Shown: positions 47,290-57,002, counted from the first letter of the stretch. The stretch is DNA of 64,000 nt from an uncultured Christensenella sp. (GCA_910577845.1 CAJTNA010000003.1:72229-136228); one strand, 5' to 3'. Made by a program: numbers and translations. Notes: generated by a model from the letters alone, not told the origin.

Positions 47290-47940
47290 TTACATTATTT
47301 CCTCATATTCTATATTGTCGTGCATTGTATTCAAAGCAATTTTACTTACTGATACTTCATAAGCTGTTCTATCCTCCACACTGCCGTCACTGCTAGTTTT
47401 TTGATAAACTCTGCTTTGAATTCTGCCAGACAAACTGATTCTTGTACCAACTGGCAAATTTTTTATGTATCTTGCATTACGTCCCCAAGTAATACAAGGA
47501 ATATAATCACTCTTATTATATGCTCTGTTTACAGCTAATAAAACATCGCAAATTTCTCTCTTGAATGGTGTAGTTCTGTAAACTGGCGGTTTGCAGATAT
47601 ATCCCACAATATCAATATTATTGCCACTTATCATTTGCTCATCATCAAGAATTTCTCTGACAAAGACTGTTAACATTAGTCTACTTTTATCATCAACCAA
47701 CTTGTTGTAAGACCTAAATTGTCCACTTACAGATATAATGTCACCAACTTTAATATCGTGTTCGATAATAAGTCTTTCGGATATTGTTATTGGTAAAATG
47801 TCAACTTGCTCACTAAGTCTTTTAACCTCAATTTTAGTTTCATAAAAACCTTCACCAAATACCTCGTGAGAAAATACTGGTACTTCCAAAATCTTACCTG
47901 TAATTGCCAATTTGTTGTTGCTCATCTGTTCGTAATTCAT
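47290..47940 (-). CDS. tandem OB-fold, SSB-like protein
   Basis: 216-aa ORF with two repeated modules: 'LAITGKILEVP...DILPITISERL...GDIISVSGQFRSY' and 'IDIVGYICKPP...DYIPCITWGRNARY...GTRISLSGRIQSRVY'. They resemble SSB/PriB OB folds. It lacks the acidic SSB C-terminal tip. Confidence 0.5.
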   Translation of the reverse strand: MNYEQMSNNKLAITGKILEVPVFSHEVFGEGFYETKIEVKRLSEQVDILPITISERLIIEHDIKVGDIISVSGQFRSYNKLVDDKSRLMLTVFVREILDDEQMISGNNIDIVGYICKPPVYRTTPFKREICDVLLAVNRAYNKSDYIPCITWGRNARYIKNLPVGTRISLSGRIQSRVYQKTSSDGSVEDRTAYEVSVSKIALNTMHDNIEYEEIM

Positions 47941-47960
47941 TACAAAATATCTCCCATAAT

Positions 47961-48743
47961 TTATTTTTCTTTATGCTGAACACCGTTTACATCGATGGTA
48001 AAGCCACTTTTATATACTAATTCACTTACTGTTTGAAAAGTATAGCCGTTTTCCAATAAATATTCAATTACTTTTGGCAATGCATCTAACACGTGGTCAG
48101 AGTTGTTATGAAACAAAATTATATCACCATAAGACGCTTTACTTTTCACTCTATTTAAAATTTCATCTGCTTGCAAACCTTTCCAATCAAGAGTATCAAT
48201 ACTCCATTGTACAGCTTGCATATTTAAGTTTGTAACATTTTCGATTAATCTATTGTTATAATCACCAAATGGTGCTCTAAAAACATATGGACGCTTTCCA
48301 GTTAAGCTTTCCACTTTTTTATTTACATACTCTATCTCATCAATAATTGATTGATTTTGCAGAGTTGACATTTTTAAATGATTGTTACTATGATTTCCTA
48401 TATCAAAACCATTTTCAGCAATCTTTTTAACCTCGTCCTCATATTTATCTACCCAAAAGCCTACAAGAAAGAATGTTGCTTTTATATTATATTTATTTAA
48501 AATGTCAATTATTCCATCTGTTTTATCTGCACCCCAAGCCGCATCAAATGATAAAGCTACAACCTTGTTCTCACCCGTGTCAACTCTATAGACTGGTAGT
48601 TTCTTATTTGAACCAGCTGTCATTATTGTGCTGTTATTTACCATAAATATACAAGCAGTCAATGCTACAATTATGCATAATGTTATAAGAATTTTGTAAA
48701 CTGATTTGATTTTAAATGAATAAAACACACGCCTCACCTTCAT
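47961..48743 (-). CDS. polysaccharide deacetylase (NodB domain), PdaB-like sporulation protein
   Basis: 260-aa ORF with an N-terminal TM anchor. 'VALSFDAAWGADKT', 'ATFFLVGFWV' and 'IGNHSNNH' are NodB motifs. The RBS at the annotated ATG is weak. Confidence 0.75.
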   Translation of the reverse strand: MKVRRVFYSFKIKSVYKILITLCIIVALTACIFMVNNSTIMTAGSNKKLPVYRVDTGENKVVALSFDAAWGADKTDGIIDILNKYNIKATFFLVGFWVDKYEDEVKKIAENGFDIGNHSNNHLKMSTLQNQSIIDEIEYVNKKVESLTGKRPYVFRAPFGDYNNRLIENVTNLNMQAVQWSIDTLDWKGLQADEILNRVKSKASYGDIILFHNNSDHVLDALPKVIEYLLENGYTFQTVSELVYKSGFTIDVNGVQHKEK

Positions 48744-49242
48744 AATTATTTTTACTCTAAAGTCGTTAGTGTTTTATTAAAGTTCCGTAGTGCCACAAAA
48801 TCTTTGAGATTATGTCTTTAAAAGTTAAACCTTGCCTAGATTGACAGCTACATATTTAATTATACTTATTTATGATAACTAATTTTAGGAGCTTTTGTCA
48901 TATTTTGTCGAATAGATTAATTCTTTAACAAAAATTTAACTTGTATTACAATTTATGGCAAAAAAAAGCAAATTATAACTATAAATTACAATTTGTTCAA
49001 TAAAAATATTCGTAATATTATTTTAAGAATAGAAATAATTCGACTTAAAAATTTATATAAATATATAATTATGCAATTTAATATTAAATTAGCCAAACTT
49101 CCCTAGACAAAATACAAAATTTTCAACTAATTCTAAATACGATAAATGATAATATTAATTTTATTTGCACACATAAAAAAAATTAAATTTAATTACACAA
49201 AAAAGATTAAAAATATTTTACCACGTAATAGATAAAAAGTAG

Positions 49243-49478
49243 GGATATATCAAAAATGATATATCCCAAAAAACGCATACAGCGTGTAGCACCACTTTGC
49301 CGAAACAAAACTTTTTGAAAACCTCGTAAGTCGAGGTGGGTTAGCTACCTGATACCGCTGTCTTCCCCTGCCATAACCTAAAAGGTCGAGGGCGTGACAT
49401 TGTGTATCACAACTCGCAATCCCTTATAATAATTGTGGTTACAAAGACAATTTTATCTCTAGCATTGCAGTTATCCTA
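49243..49478 (-). ncRNA. unclassified structured RNA candidate (sRNA or orphan riboswitch-like leader)
   Basis: A GC-enriched island sits in an otherwise extremely AT-rich 830-bp ORF-free gap, just downstream of a promoter. On the minus strand there is a hairpin GTTGTG-ATA-CACAAT. Duplicated CCTCGAC boxes compete for one CGAGG. Hairpin ACCTCG-ACTTA-CGAGGT is followed by TTTTC. Then come GCTACACGCTGTATGC+TTTTTT and GGGATATATC-ATTTTT-GATATATCCC (49243-49268). Confidence 0.45.
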
Positions 49479-49485
49479 CAATCAT

Positions 49486-49514
49486 AGTATAACACAATTA
49501 CTCTACAATTACAA
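49486..49514 (-). promoter_or_regulatory. sigma-70-type promoter candidate for the structured RNA
   Basis: On the minus strand: TTGTAA (49514-49509), 17-nt spacer, TATACT (49491-49486), with a TGn extended -10 (TGT). Confidence 0.45.
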
Positions 49515-49574
49515 TACCCTTTTTTAATTTTAATGTAAAATATTTCCTAAAAGATTGTAAAATGCCTTTTACTA

Positions 49575-50510
49575 TTAATAAACAGATTTAATTGAATGTT
49601 TACTATCAATTACAGTTTCCGCATCAATATAGTATTTTCTCTCATTTCTGCGATAATAAATAACTAGTCCAATACTCATATACAATATATTAAACAAGCT
49701 AATTGCCATTATAAAACCAAAGCCAAAAGTTAAAATTCCTAATAAAATTGTAAGCATATAAGTTGCAAAATTAACACCAGTAAACAAACCCCAATTTTTT
49801 ATAATCAAATCTTTGTTGGTAATGATAGCTTTTTGTAAACTTTTAAATATGCCAAGTTCCTCATTGATATAAGTTTGTAGCCACATTGCAAATACAGAAC
49901 GTTTTAAAGCAAATAACACAAGTGCTACTACAATAGCAAAGCTCAAAGCAAAAATAATGGAAAGTTTACCCACACCCCAAACTATGAAATAGAATAGCAA
50001 TCCAACTAATAACATAAATGGAATATAAATTAAAGTATCTACAAAACTATAAGCTACTGACTTTTTGATATTGGCAATTAAGTTAGATGTGAAACCATAC
50101 TTGCTGTTACTATTCATAAAGTTATTTAATACGTCAGATGTTGAATAATGACCAATTGTAATTAAAAACTTACCTAAAAATACAAAAGCAACCAAAGCAC
50201 ATAATGCACCAATTACATTATTTCTGTTTGTTGCAAACACCTCTGCAATCTTAGTAAAATCTTCACCAAGCACTGCAAAAGCGGAATTTTGAACGCTTAA
50301 ATCACCGCTAAAATAAGATGAAAATGCCTCACGAATATGCTGGAAAAATTGCATCTCTTGTATGCCAGAAATAATAGGTTTCATAATATAATACAAAGAA
50401 CTTATTGAAATTGCTACAAATATCAACATTACAATACTAATATAAAGCAAAAATTTATAAAATAACGAAAACCTTGATACAGATATAGATAAAGAATGTT
50501 TTACTAGCAT
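49575..50510 (-). CDS. polytopic membrane protein, family not recognised
   Basis: 311-aa ORF with a GGAGGA RBS and 6 or more hydrophobic spans. Its start is 1 nt downstream of the preceding gene's stop. Confidence 0.65.
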   Translation of the reverse strand: MLVKHSLSISVSRFSLFYKFLLYISIVMLIFVAISISSLYYIMKPIISGIQEMQFFQHIREAFSSYFSGDLSVQNSAFAVLGEDFTKIAEVFATNRNNVIGALCALVAFVFLGKFLITIGHYSTSDVLNNFMNSNSKYGFTSNLIANIKKSVAYSFVDTLIYIPFMLLVGLLFYFIVWGVGKLSIIFALSFAIVVALVLFALKRSVFAMWLQTYINEELGIFKSLQKAIITNKDLIIKNWGLFTGVNFATYMLTILLGILTFGFGFIMAISLFNILYMSIGLVIYYRRNERKYYIDAETVIDSKHSIKSVY

Positions 50511-50511
50511 A

Positions 50512-51333
50512 TTATTCCTCCACCATCTTCAAATATTTGTTTTTCAAGTCCTCTCTGTCAATATCCTCAATATCCATAAAGGATGTATACATCAATGTTA
50601 TATAATAAGAGAATACATATACAAACAAGAATATATTTATAATTTTACGCCACCAAAAATCAAATACAGCAAGCACTGCCATAACTACATATGGAATAAG
50701 CATTGGAACAACAACTGCAAACAACATTCTGAAAAACTTACCTTTCATTAATGAAACAGATTCCGCAATTGCTTTACGCAAGTTCAAACCTCTAACAGAC
50801 ATTATTGGCAATGTCAAGCTTAATAAAATCATTGCAAACAACATTACTAAAAAGAATGCTACATTAAATATAATTGTTAACGTCAACGCAACTACAGCTT
50901 TTTTTATAACTTTAACCCACAAGAATGTAAATAATGTGCAGATTACAGCATATAGCTCAATAATAAATATAAATACAAGCATTAATTTAATAACTGGTAA
51001 AAAGTTGTTATTAATTCGCTTATTTAGTCCTTTGCCTGAAAGAATACCCCATCGCATATGTTTTGACTCTAGTCCACAAACTATACTGAAAAACACACTA
51101 AATATTAATACAGCCACAATACCTATCAATAGAGATTTCCAATTTAATTCGCTTATTGCAAAAAAGACATCAGCAAAAGTAACCAATTTACTTTGGTCAA
51201 AATGTGCAAATAATCTTATCATAGTACAAGGCTCTGTAAGAAGTCCCATAACTACAGAAGGCACTAATGTAGCTAATGCCAGATACCAAAAATTTTTACG
51301 TAGATATTGTAACGCTAATCTAGCAAATCGCAT
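50512..51333 (-). CDS. polytopic membrane protein, family not recognised
   Basis: 273-aa ORF with an AAGGAGAG RBS, about 6 hydrophobic spans and an acidic C-terminal end 'DIEDIDREDL'. Confidence 0.65.
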   Translation of the reverse strand: MRFARLALQYLRKNFWYLALATLVPSVVMGLLTEPCTMIRLFAHFDQSKLVTFADVFFAISELNWKSLLIGIVAVLIFSVFFSIVCGLESKHMRWGILSGKGLNKRINNNFLPVIKLMLVFIFIIELYAVICTLFTFLWVKVIKKAVVALTLTIIFNVAFFLVMLFAMILLSLTLPIMSVRGLNLRKAIAESVSLMKGKFFRMLFAVVVPMLIPYVVMAVLAVFDFWWRKIINIFLFVYVFSYYITLMYTSFMDIEDIDREDLKNKYLKMVEE

Positions 51334-51371
51334 AATTCTCTCCTTTTAATCAAAATTTTTGTTTTTAATTT

Positions 51372-52016
51372 TTAATTATCAAACACACTAACAAGTTGTT
51401 CTGGAGTGTCCAAAGTCAAAATAGTACCGATTTTTGACATATTTTCCACATTGCCAAAGCCATAAGCCACAGCCAAGCAATCAATACCAACCTCTTTTGC
51501 AGCCCTTGCATCATAAATGGAATCACCAATCATTAAGCAATCATCAAGTTTCGAACCTGAGCATTTTACAGCATATGCAAGAATATCTTTTTTATCTACT
51601 CTACCTTTACTTTCAACTGTGCCAAATACACCATCAAAACATTTAAGTACACCAAACTCTTTAAGCATTTCTGTAGCTATGTCCTCACGTTTGCTTGTGG
51701 CAATATACATTTTATATCCAAAGCTTTTGATTTGTGCCAGCACATTTTCCATACCATCGAACAGCTTGCACATTTTTTGTCCGCCTTGATTAATATAGAA
51801 TTCTCTATAAAGCTCACGTGCCTCTGGCTCAACCGCCTCACCAAACATCTCAGTAAAAGTATCTTTTAATGGCGGTCCGATATATTGTTTCCTATCCTCT
51901 GGTGGAATGTTCAAGCCATAATGCTCAAACACCTTACCAAAAGCAAAGCTACACCCCTCAAAGGAATCTACAATTGTTCCGTCAAAATCCCAAAATAAAC
52001 ATTTGTACTTACGCAT
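51372..52016 (-). CDS. HAD-superfamily hydrolase (phosphoglycolate phosphatase-like, subfamily IA)
   Basis: 214-aa ORF with motif I 'LFWDFDGTIVDS', motif II 'IATSK' and motif IV 'MIGDSIYD'. It overlaps the valS stop by 8 nt. Confidence 0.85.
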   Translation of the reverse strand: MRKYKCLFWDFDGTIVDSFEGCSFAFGKVFEHYGLNIPPEDRKQYIGPPLKDTFTEMFGEAVEPEARELYREFYINQGGQKMCKLFDGMENVLAQIKSFGYKMYIATSKREDIATEMLKEFGVLKCFDGVFGTVESKGRVDKKDILAYAVKCSGSKLDDCLMIGDSIYDARAAKEVGIDCLAVAYGFGNVENMSKIGTILTLDTPEQLVSVFDN

Positions 52017-54642
52017 TTTTCAACTCTTCTATTTGACTAATAATCTTGTTCTTTAAGGCTGTATAATTTGCAAGTTTCTCTTTTTCCTTATCAACCAACT
52101 GACGAGGTGCTCTTGCAATAAAGCCTTGATTGTTCAACATTTTGTTTGCACGCTCAATTTCACTATTTGTATCTTCAAGTTCCTTTTGCAATCTTGCAAT
52201 TTCTTTCTCATTATCTACTAAATTGCCAAGTGGAACTAATACATCACAAAAATCGCTGATAATTACGCTAACCTTTTCAGTAACTTCTTGTTTATCCTTA
52301 ACATACCTAATATTGCCTATATTTGCCATTTTAATTACATATGGAATAATGTTTTCAATAACCTTTATGTCAATAGTTGGAGCGATAATCAAATCAACTT
52401 TTTGAGATGGCTTAACATTCATTTCAACTCTTAAGTTACGTATAGCTTTTATAATGTCCATAACTTTCTCAAAAGTATCACGTTCCGTCTTGTAGTTATA
52501 CTTTTTGATTACTTGAGGCCAATCACTAATCATCACACTTGCCTTTTCACCATTAGTGAAAGAATAAATCTCATCTGTAATAAATGGAACAAATGGATGC
52601 AACAACTTTAATATTTTATCAAGCACATAATTTAGTACTGTGATTGTGTTTACCTTTTTATCATAGTTATCGCCATATAAAGTAGCCTTTGAAAGCTCAA
52701 TATACCAATCACAAAAATCATTCCAAACAAAATCGTAAATACAACTACAAGCCAAACCTAAATCATACTTTTCCAAACATTTAGTACTTTCCTTAATAGT
52801 TTGATTTAACTTAGAAAGTATCCATTTATCACTTGGTGTCAAGCGGAATGAACCCATTTCCTTAAGCTTAATATTTTCAGTGTTCATCATAACAAATCTT
52901 GACGCATTCCAAACTTTGTTCAAGAAATTACGGCAACTTATAACTTTTTCCTCAATAAATCTTGTATCACCACCTGGTGCAATACCCATAAGTAAACTTA
53001 ATCTTAAGCTATCTGCACCATAATTGTCAATAATCTCAAGTGGGTCAATGCCATTACCCAAAGACTTACTCATTTTTCTGCCTTGAGCATCACGAACTAT
53101 GCCGTGTATCAAAACCTCTGGAAACGGAATGTCACCCATATGCTCCAAACCGCTGAAAATCATTCTTGCAACCCAGAAGAAAATAATGTCATATGCAGTA
53201 ACTAACAAGCTTGTTGGATAAAAATATTGCAAATCTTTTGTATTTTCTGGATAACCCAAAGTTGAAAACGGCCATAATGCAGAGGAAAACCAAGTATCAA
53301 GCACATCCTCATCTTGTCTCAAATGAGTACTGCCACATTTTGAACATTTAGTAGGTGCATCTGCCTGAACCATCATTTCGCCACAATCCTCGCAGTAATA
53401 TGCTGGTATTCTGTGTCCCCACCAAAGTTGACGCGAAATACACCAATCCTTAATATTTTCCATCCAGTTAAAATATGTTTTACTAAATCTTTGTGGGATA
53501 AATTCCACCTTTTTATCTTTAACAACTTTAATTGCAGGTTTTGCAAGTGGTAACATTTTAACAAACCATTGTTTGCTAACAATAGGCTCAACAACGCTAT
53601 GACATCTATAACAAACACCAACATTATGAGTATATGGCTCTTCCTTAACAAGATAACCACCTTCTTTTAAATCGGCAACAATTCTACGCCTTGCCTCATC
53701 TCTGTCAAGACCGCAATATTTGCCCGCAAGTTCATTCATACTGCCATCGTCATTCATAATACGAATAACTTCCAAGTTATGTCTTAAGCCTACTTCAAAG
53801 TCATTAGGGTCGTGTGCTGGTGTAATTTTAACTGCACCACTACCAAAATCCAACTCCACATACTCGTCCGCAATTACTGGTATCTGCTTGTCCGTCAAAG
53901 GTAATTTAAGCATTTTACCAATAATATCTTTATATCTGCTGTCCTTAGGATTAACTGCAACAGCAGTATCACCAAGCATAGTTTCTGGTCTTGTAGTTGC
54001 AACTACAAGCTCACCACTGCCGTCTGCTAGTGGATATCTAATATGCCATAGGAAAGAATCTTGCTCCTCATATTCAACCTCTGCATCACTAAGTGCAGTT
54101 TTACAAGACGGACACCAGTTGATAATTCTATCCGCCTTATAGATTAAACCTTTGTTATACAAATTTACAAAAACTTGCTTAACGGCTTTAGTTAGATTAT
54201 CATCCATTGTAAATGCTAATCTGCTCCAATCACAAGAAGAACCTAAACGCTTAAGTTGCTCAACTATCCTACCACCATACTGCTCTTTCCACGCCCAAGC
54301 ACGTTCCAAAAAGCCGTCACGACCTACATCTGCTTTGGTTAATCCCTCTTGTTTCATTTTTTCAACAATTTTAACCTCAGTTGCAATTGAAGCGTGGTCA
54401 GTACCTGGTATCCATAAAGTAGAATAACCCTGCATACGCTTAAACCTAACTATAGTATCTTGAATACTATTATTTAAAGCGTGTCCCATATGCAACTGCC
54501 CAGTAATATTTGGTGGTGGAATAACTATAGAAAATGGTTGTTTTTTACTATCTGCTTCCGCTTTAAAATAACCATTATTTTCCCAATCTTTGTATAATCT
54601 TTCCTCAAATTCACGAGGATTGTAAGTCTTTGACATCTCCAT
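52009..54642 (-). CDS. valS: valine--tRNA ligase
   Basis: 877-aa ORF. 'PPPNITGQLHMGHALN' (HIGH), 'KMSKSLGN' (KMSKS), a CP1 editing domain and a C-terminal coiled coil. Confidence 0.97.
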   Translation of the reverse strand: MEMSKTYNPREFEERLYKDWENNGYFKAEADSKKQPFSIVIPPPNITGQLHMGHALNNSIQDTIVRFKRMQGYSTLWIPGTDHASIATEVKIVEKMKQEGLTKADVGRDGFLERAWAWKEQYGGRIVEQLKRLGSSCDWSRLAFTMDDNLTKAVKQVFVNLYNKGLIYKADRIINWCPSCKTALSDAEVEYEEQDSFLWHIRYPLADGSGELVVATTRPETMLGDTAVAVNPKDSRYKDIIGKMLKLPLTDKQIPVIADEYVELDFGSGAVKITPAHDPNDFEVGLRHNLEVIRIMNDDGSMNELAGKYCGLDRDEARRRIVADLKEGGYLVKEEPYTHNVGVCYRCHSVVEPIVSKQWFVKMLPLAKPAIKVVKDKKVEFIPQRFSKTYFNWMENIKDWCISRQLWWGHRIPAYYCEDCGEMMVQADAPTKCSKCGSTHLRQDEDVLDTWFSSALWPFSTLGYPENTKDLQYFYPTSLLVTAYDIIFFWVARMIFSGLEHMGDIPFPEVLIHGIVRDAQGRKMSKSLGNGIDPLEIIDNYGADSLRLSLLMGIAPGGDTRFIEEKVISCRNFLNKVWNASRFVMMNTENIKLKEMGSFRLTPSDKWILSKLNQTIKESTKCLEKYDLGLACSCIYDFVWNDFCDWYIELSKATLYGDNYDKKVNTITVLNYVLDKILKLLHPFVPFITDEIYSFTNGEKASVMISDWPQVIKKYNYKTERDTFEKVMDIIKAIRNLRVEMNVKPSQKVDLIIAPTIDIKVIENIIPYVIKMANIGNIRYVKDKQEVTEKVSVIISDFCDVLVPLGNLVDNEKEIARLQKELEDTNSEIERANKMLNNQGFIARAPRQLVDKEKEKLANYTALKNKIISQIEELKNA

Positions 54643-54827
54643 AACTCGTACCTTCCTAATTTTTCACACAAATCTCAATATTTTTCTAAATTATATTCAA
54701 TTTTAACCTTCTTAAATGTTACCAATTTATCCATAACTCTAGTGGCTATAAAAATTAATTTTTAACATTTTTCTAGTTTCAACCATTTAAATTTAGTTTT
54801 TTACTATTTAACTTTTGGTAACCTTAT

Positions 54828-55103
54828 TCAGCTGATAAACAACACCGCAAGCAATGCACCTATCAAGGCAAATACAAAGGCAACACCTTTAACAATTAAG
54901 CCTACATTAGCAAGCTTTTTATCGTCAGCATCTTTAATTTTAAGCGTAATATGGTAAGCAATCTTATTGCTAAATATCAAAAGTATTATTCCAATTGCCA
55001 TTACAATTAGACCACAAATTACATATGGACTTTTGAACCTTTGCCAATTCCACTCAAAAAACGCTGATATAATATATCCAAAATTAATCATAGTCGTCCT
55101 CAT
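54828..55103 (-). CDS. small two-TM membrane protein
   Basis: 91-aa ORF with two clear hydrophobic spans. It overlaps the pgsA 3' end by 20 nt. Confidence 0.5.
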   Translation of the reverse strand: MRTTMINFGYIISAFFEWNWQRFKSPYVICGLIVMAIGIILLIFSNKIAYHITLKIKDADDKKLANVGLIVKGVAFVFALIGALLAVLFIS

Positions 55104-55830
55104 TTAGAGGCAAGTCATATGAATCTTTTGCTTTCTCAGTTGTTTCGCTTTCCATAGTAGCATCCTCACTAGGAGTTTCTACCACATTAGCGTCAACCAC
55201 ATTTTCCTTATTTGGAGTGCTATCACTAACAGCTTTAATCTTTAATTGCTTAACCTCTTTAATGCGGAATTGTATAAACTGAAAAGTGTAAATAATTGCA
55301 GTAACAACAGCAAAAACTGAACCACAAACCAAAATTACATTTACAGCTATGTCATATAAACGTGATTCTGGACCACCACCAACAAAAAATGCAAGCACAA
55401 TACCTAAAGAATTTAAACAAGTTGCGGTTTTACCAAAAATATTTGACTTTATTTCATAACTACTTCTAAAAAGCTTTACTATTGCACTGCCACCTAACAC
55501 CATATAACTTTCCTTAATCACAAATACTATAGGAAATACTGGAGCAATTTTTCCAAGTATAGTCAAACAAACTAAAGTAGAAACTTGCAATAATTTATCC
55601 GCTATAGGGTCTGCTATCTTGCCAATATCACTAACAAGATGATAATGCCTTGCTATAAAACCATCTACCAAATCTGTAATTGATGCAAATATAAATAAAC
55701 CAAACGCAATGTAAATATTGTTTGGTATAGAACTATCAAGTAAAACCCACACAAAAAATGGCACACATAATATTCTTATGTAAGTCAAAATATTAGGGAT
55801 AGTAAATATTTCTTTTTTATTAAATTTCAT
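55084..55830 (-). CDS. pgsA: CDP-diacylglycerol--glycerol-3-phosphate 3-phosphatidyltransferase with ~60-aa acidic C-terminal tail
   Basis: 248-aa ORF. CDP-alcohol phosphatidyltransferase motif 'DLVDGFIARHYHLVSDIGKIADPIADK' (DG..AR...G...D...D). RBS is AGGTGA. Confidence 0.85.
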   Translation of the reverse strand: MKFNKKEIFTIPNILTYIRILCVPFFVWVLLDSSIPNNIYIAFGLFIFASITDLVDGFIARHYHLVSDIGKIADPIADKLLQVSTLVCLTILGKIAPVFPIVFVIKESYMVLGGSAIVKLFRSSYEIKSNIFGKTATCLNSLGIVLAFFVGGGPESRLYDIAVNVILVCGSVFAVVTAIIYTFQFIQFRIKEVKQLKIKAVSDSTPNKENVVDANVVETPSEDATMESETTEKAKDSYDLPLNEDDYD

Positions 55831-55982
55831 TTTATCACCTATATTCAGTAAACTTTACTAGTAAGTAGTATATCATACTTTTACTTATTTGTAAACATTT
55901 TATTTATATTTTATAAAATAAATCATATATGCAGTATTAATAAAAGATATATGCAAAACAAGGTGTATTCCTTGTCTTACAA

Positions 55983-57002
55983 TTATTTAGGTTGATGAAG
56001 CTCAAGCTTCTTAATTTTATTCTTAGCTAAAAGCATTTGAGAATAATTACACAAAACACTTAGTATAACAATAATGCAAATTACAAAACCAATTTTTCCA
56101 ATTTGAGAATAACTAAATGATACTAAGCTACTAAAATCTGTGCCATCAAAATAAAAGCCTAACACAAAACATAGAACAAATATGATAAATTTATTTGGCA
56201 CAAAAGCAAAAATCATATCCGCAAAAGCTTTTCCAGAGCCAATTAAAGTAGTAAAAATTGCAAGATAAACTACTACTGTAGCAAGCACACCTAAACCATA
56301 ACTTCTTGCCACCTCAAAAACTGGCATACTTGCTGAAAATGCTTGCATACTTATAACATAGCAAATACTCATTAAACTGCCCATAACAATAGTTACAAGC
56401 ACTCCAATATAAGCAATCTGATTATTAGATAGTTTCGCCCCCTCCTCACTCATAAAATACCCACCCAAAAGCATATTCATACCAGCATAAAGTATGGATT
56501 GTAATGGATTAAAGCCTGAGTAAATCTCACCTTTTCCGATTATCAAAATAACAAGCATAAGTGCCATAATCAAAGGTACAATTATCAAATTTAAAAGTTT
56601 AATAATTCGCATATCGTAAAGCATTAATATTGCAACAATAAAAGCAGTAAATATCCCAAAATATTTTATGCCAAATTGCGTTTCAATAAGTTCACTAACT
56701 GCACTTAGCATAACGCAATATGTCACAACAGATGATAAAAATACTACGATTTTCATAAGTTTTTTTACAAATTTTATTTTATTTTGCAACTTACCAAAAT
56801 AACAAAAAAACACACATAATAATCCTATAATAACTCCCGCAAAAAGAACAGATAGATATCCGCAATTTTTAAAATAAAGCATTATTTCAGAACCAGTTGC
56901 AAAACCAGCACCAATCACTACACCTACAAATAAAAACACTAGTCTAATTATTACCTTAAAACTGCTTAAGTTTGCAGAATTCCCAAAAAAAATATGTCGC
57001 AT
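55983..57002 (-). CDS. YkvI-family membrane protein (transporter-like)
   Basis: 339-aa polytopic ORF. 'GVVIGAGFATGSEIMLYF' resembles the YkvI-family N-terminal signature. Confidence 0.6.
   Translation of the reverse strand: MRHIFFGNSANLSSFKVIIRLVFLFVGVVIGAGFATGSEIMLYFKNCGYLSVLFAGVIIGLLCVFFCYFGKLQNKIKFVKKLMKIVVFLSSVVTYCVMLSAVSELIETQFGIKYFGIFTAFIVAILMLYDMRIIKLLNLIIVPLIMALMLVILIIGKGEIYSGFNPLQSILYAGMNMLLGGYFMSEEGAKLSNNQIAYIGVLVTIVMGSLMSICYVISMQAFSASMPVFEVARSYGLGVLATVVVYLAIFTTLIGSGKAFADMIFAFVPNKFIIFVLCFVLGFYFDGTDFSSLVSFSYSQIGKIGFVICIIVILSVLCNYSQMLLAKNKIKKLELHQPK

Noticed and set aside
49243-49478. Attempted to assign the structured-RNA candidate to SRP RNA, 6S RNA, tmRNA, RNase P, T-box, TPP, cobalamin, c-di-GMP, guanidine-III or ydaO (c-di-AMP) classes.
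   Set aside because: None of the hallmark sequences is present: the SRP GGAA tetraloop with AGCAGC, the T-box GGTGGTACCGCG, the THI-box CTGAGA...ACCTGATCTGGATAATGCCAGCG, the B12 box and so on. Only short, ambiguous resemblances were seen (AGCTAACC...CGTAAG-like to ydaO; CAGGGGAAGACAGCGG to guanidine-III). I left it unclassified rather than naming a family.
53720-54427. Plus-strand ORFs 53720..54142 and 54152..54427 inside valS. ORFs 52130..52405 and 53373..53660 are similar, as is 50936..51349 opposite the membrane protein gene.
   Set aside because: They are shadow ORFs antisense to or out of frame with conserved genes, without RBSs.
54643-54827. Looked for a T-box leader upstream of valS, as is common in Firmicutes. 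Also looked for a SAM riboswitch or T-box upstream of the metF/metH cluster (18707-18829 and 19925-20181).
   Set aside because: These spacers are short, extremely AT-rich and lack the conserved T-box or S-box sequence blocks. No regulatory RNA can be supported. An absence judged by eye is not strong evidence, so it is recorded here only.
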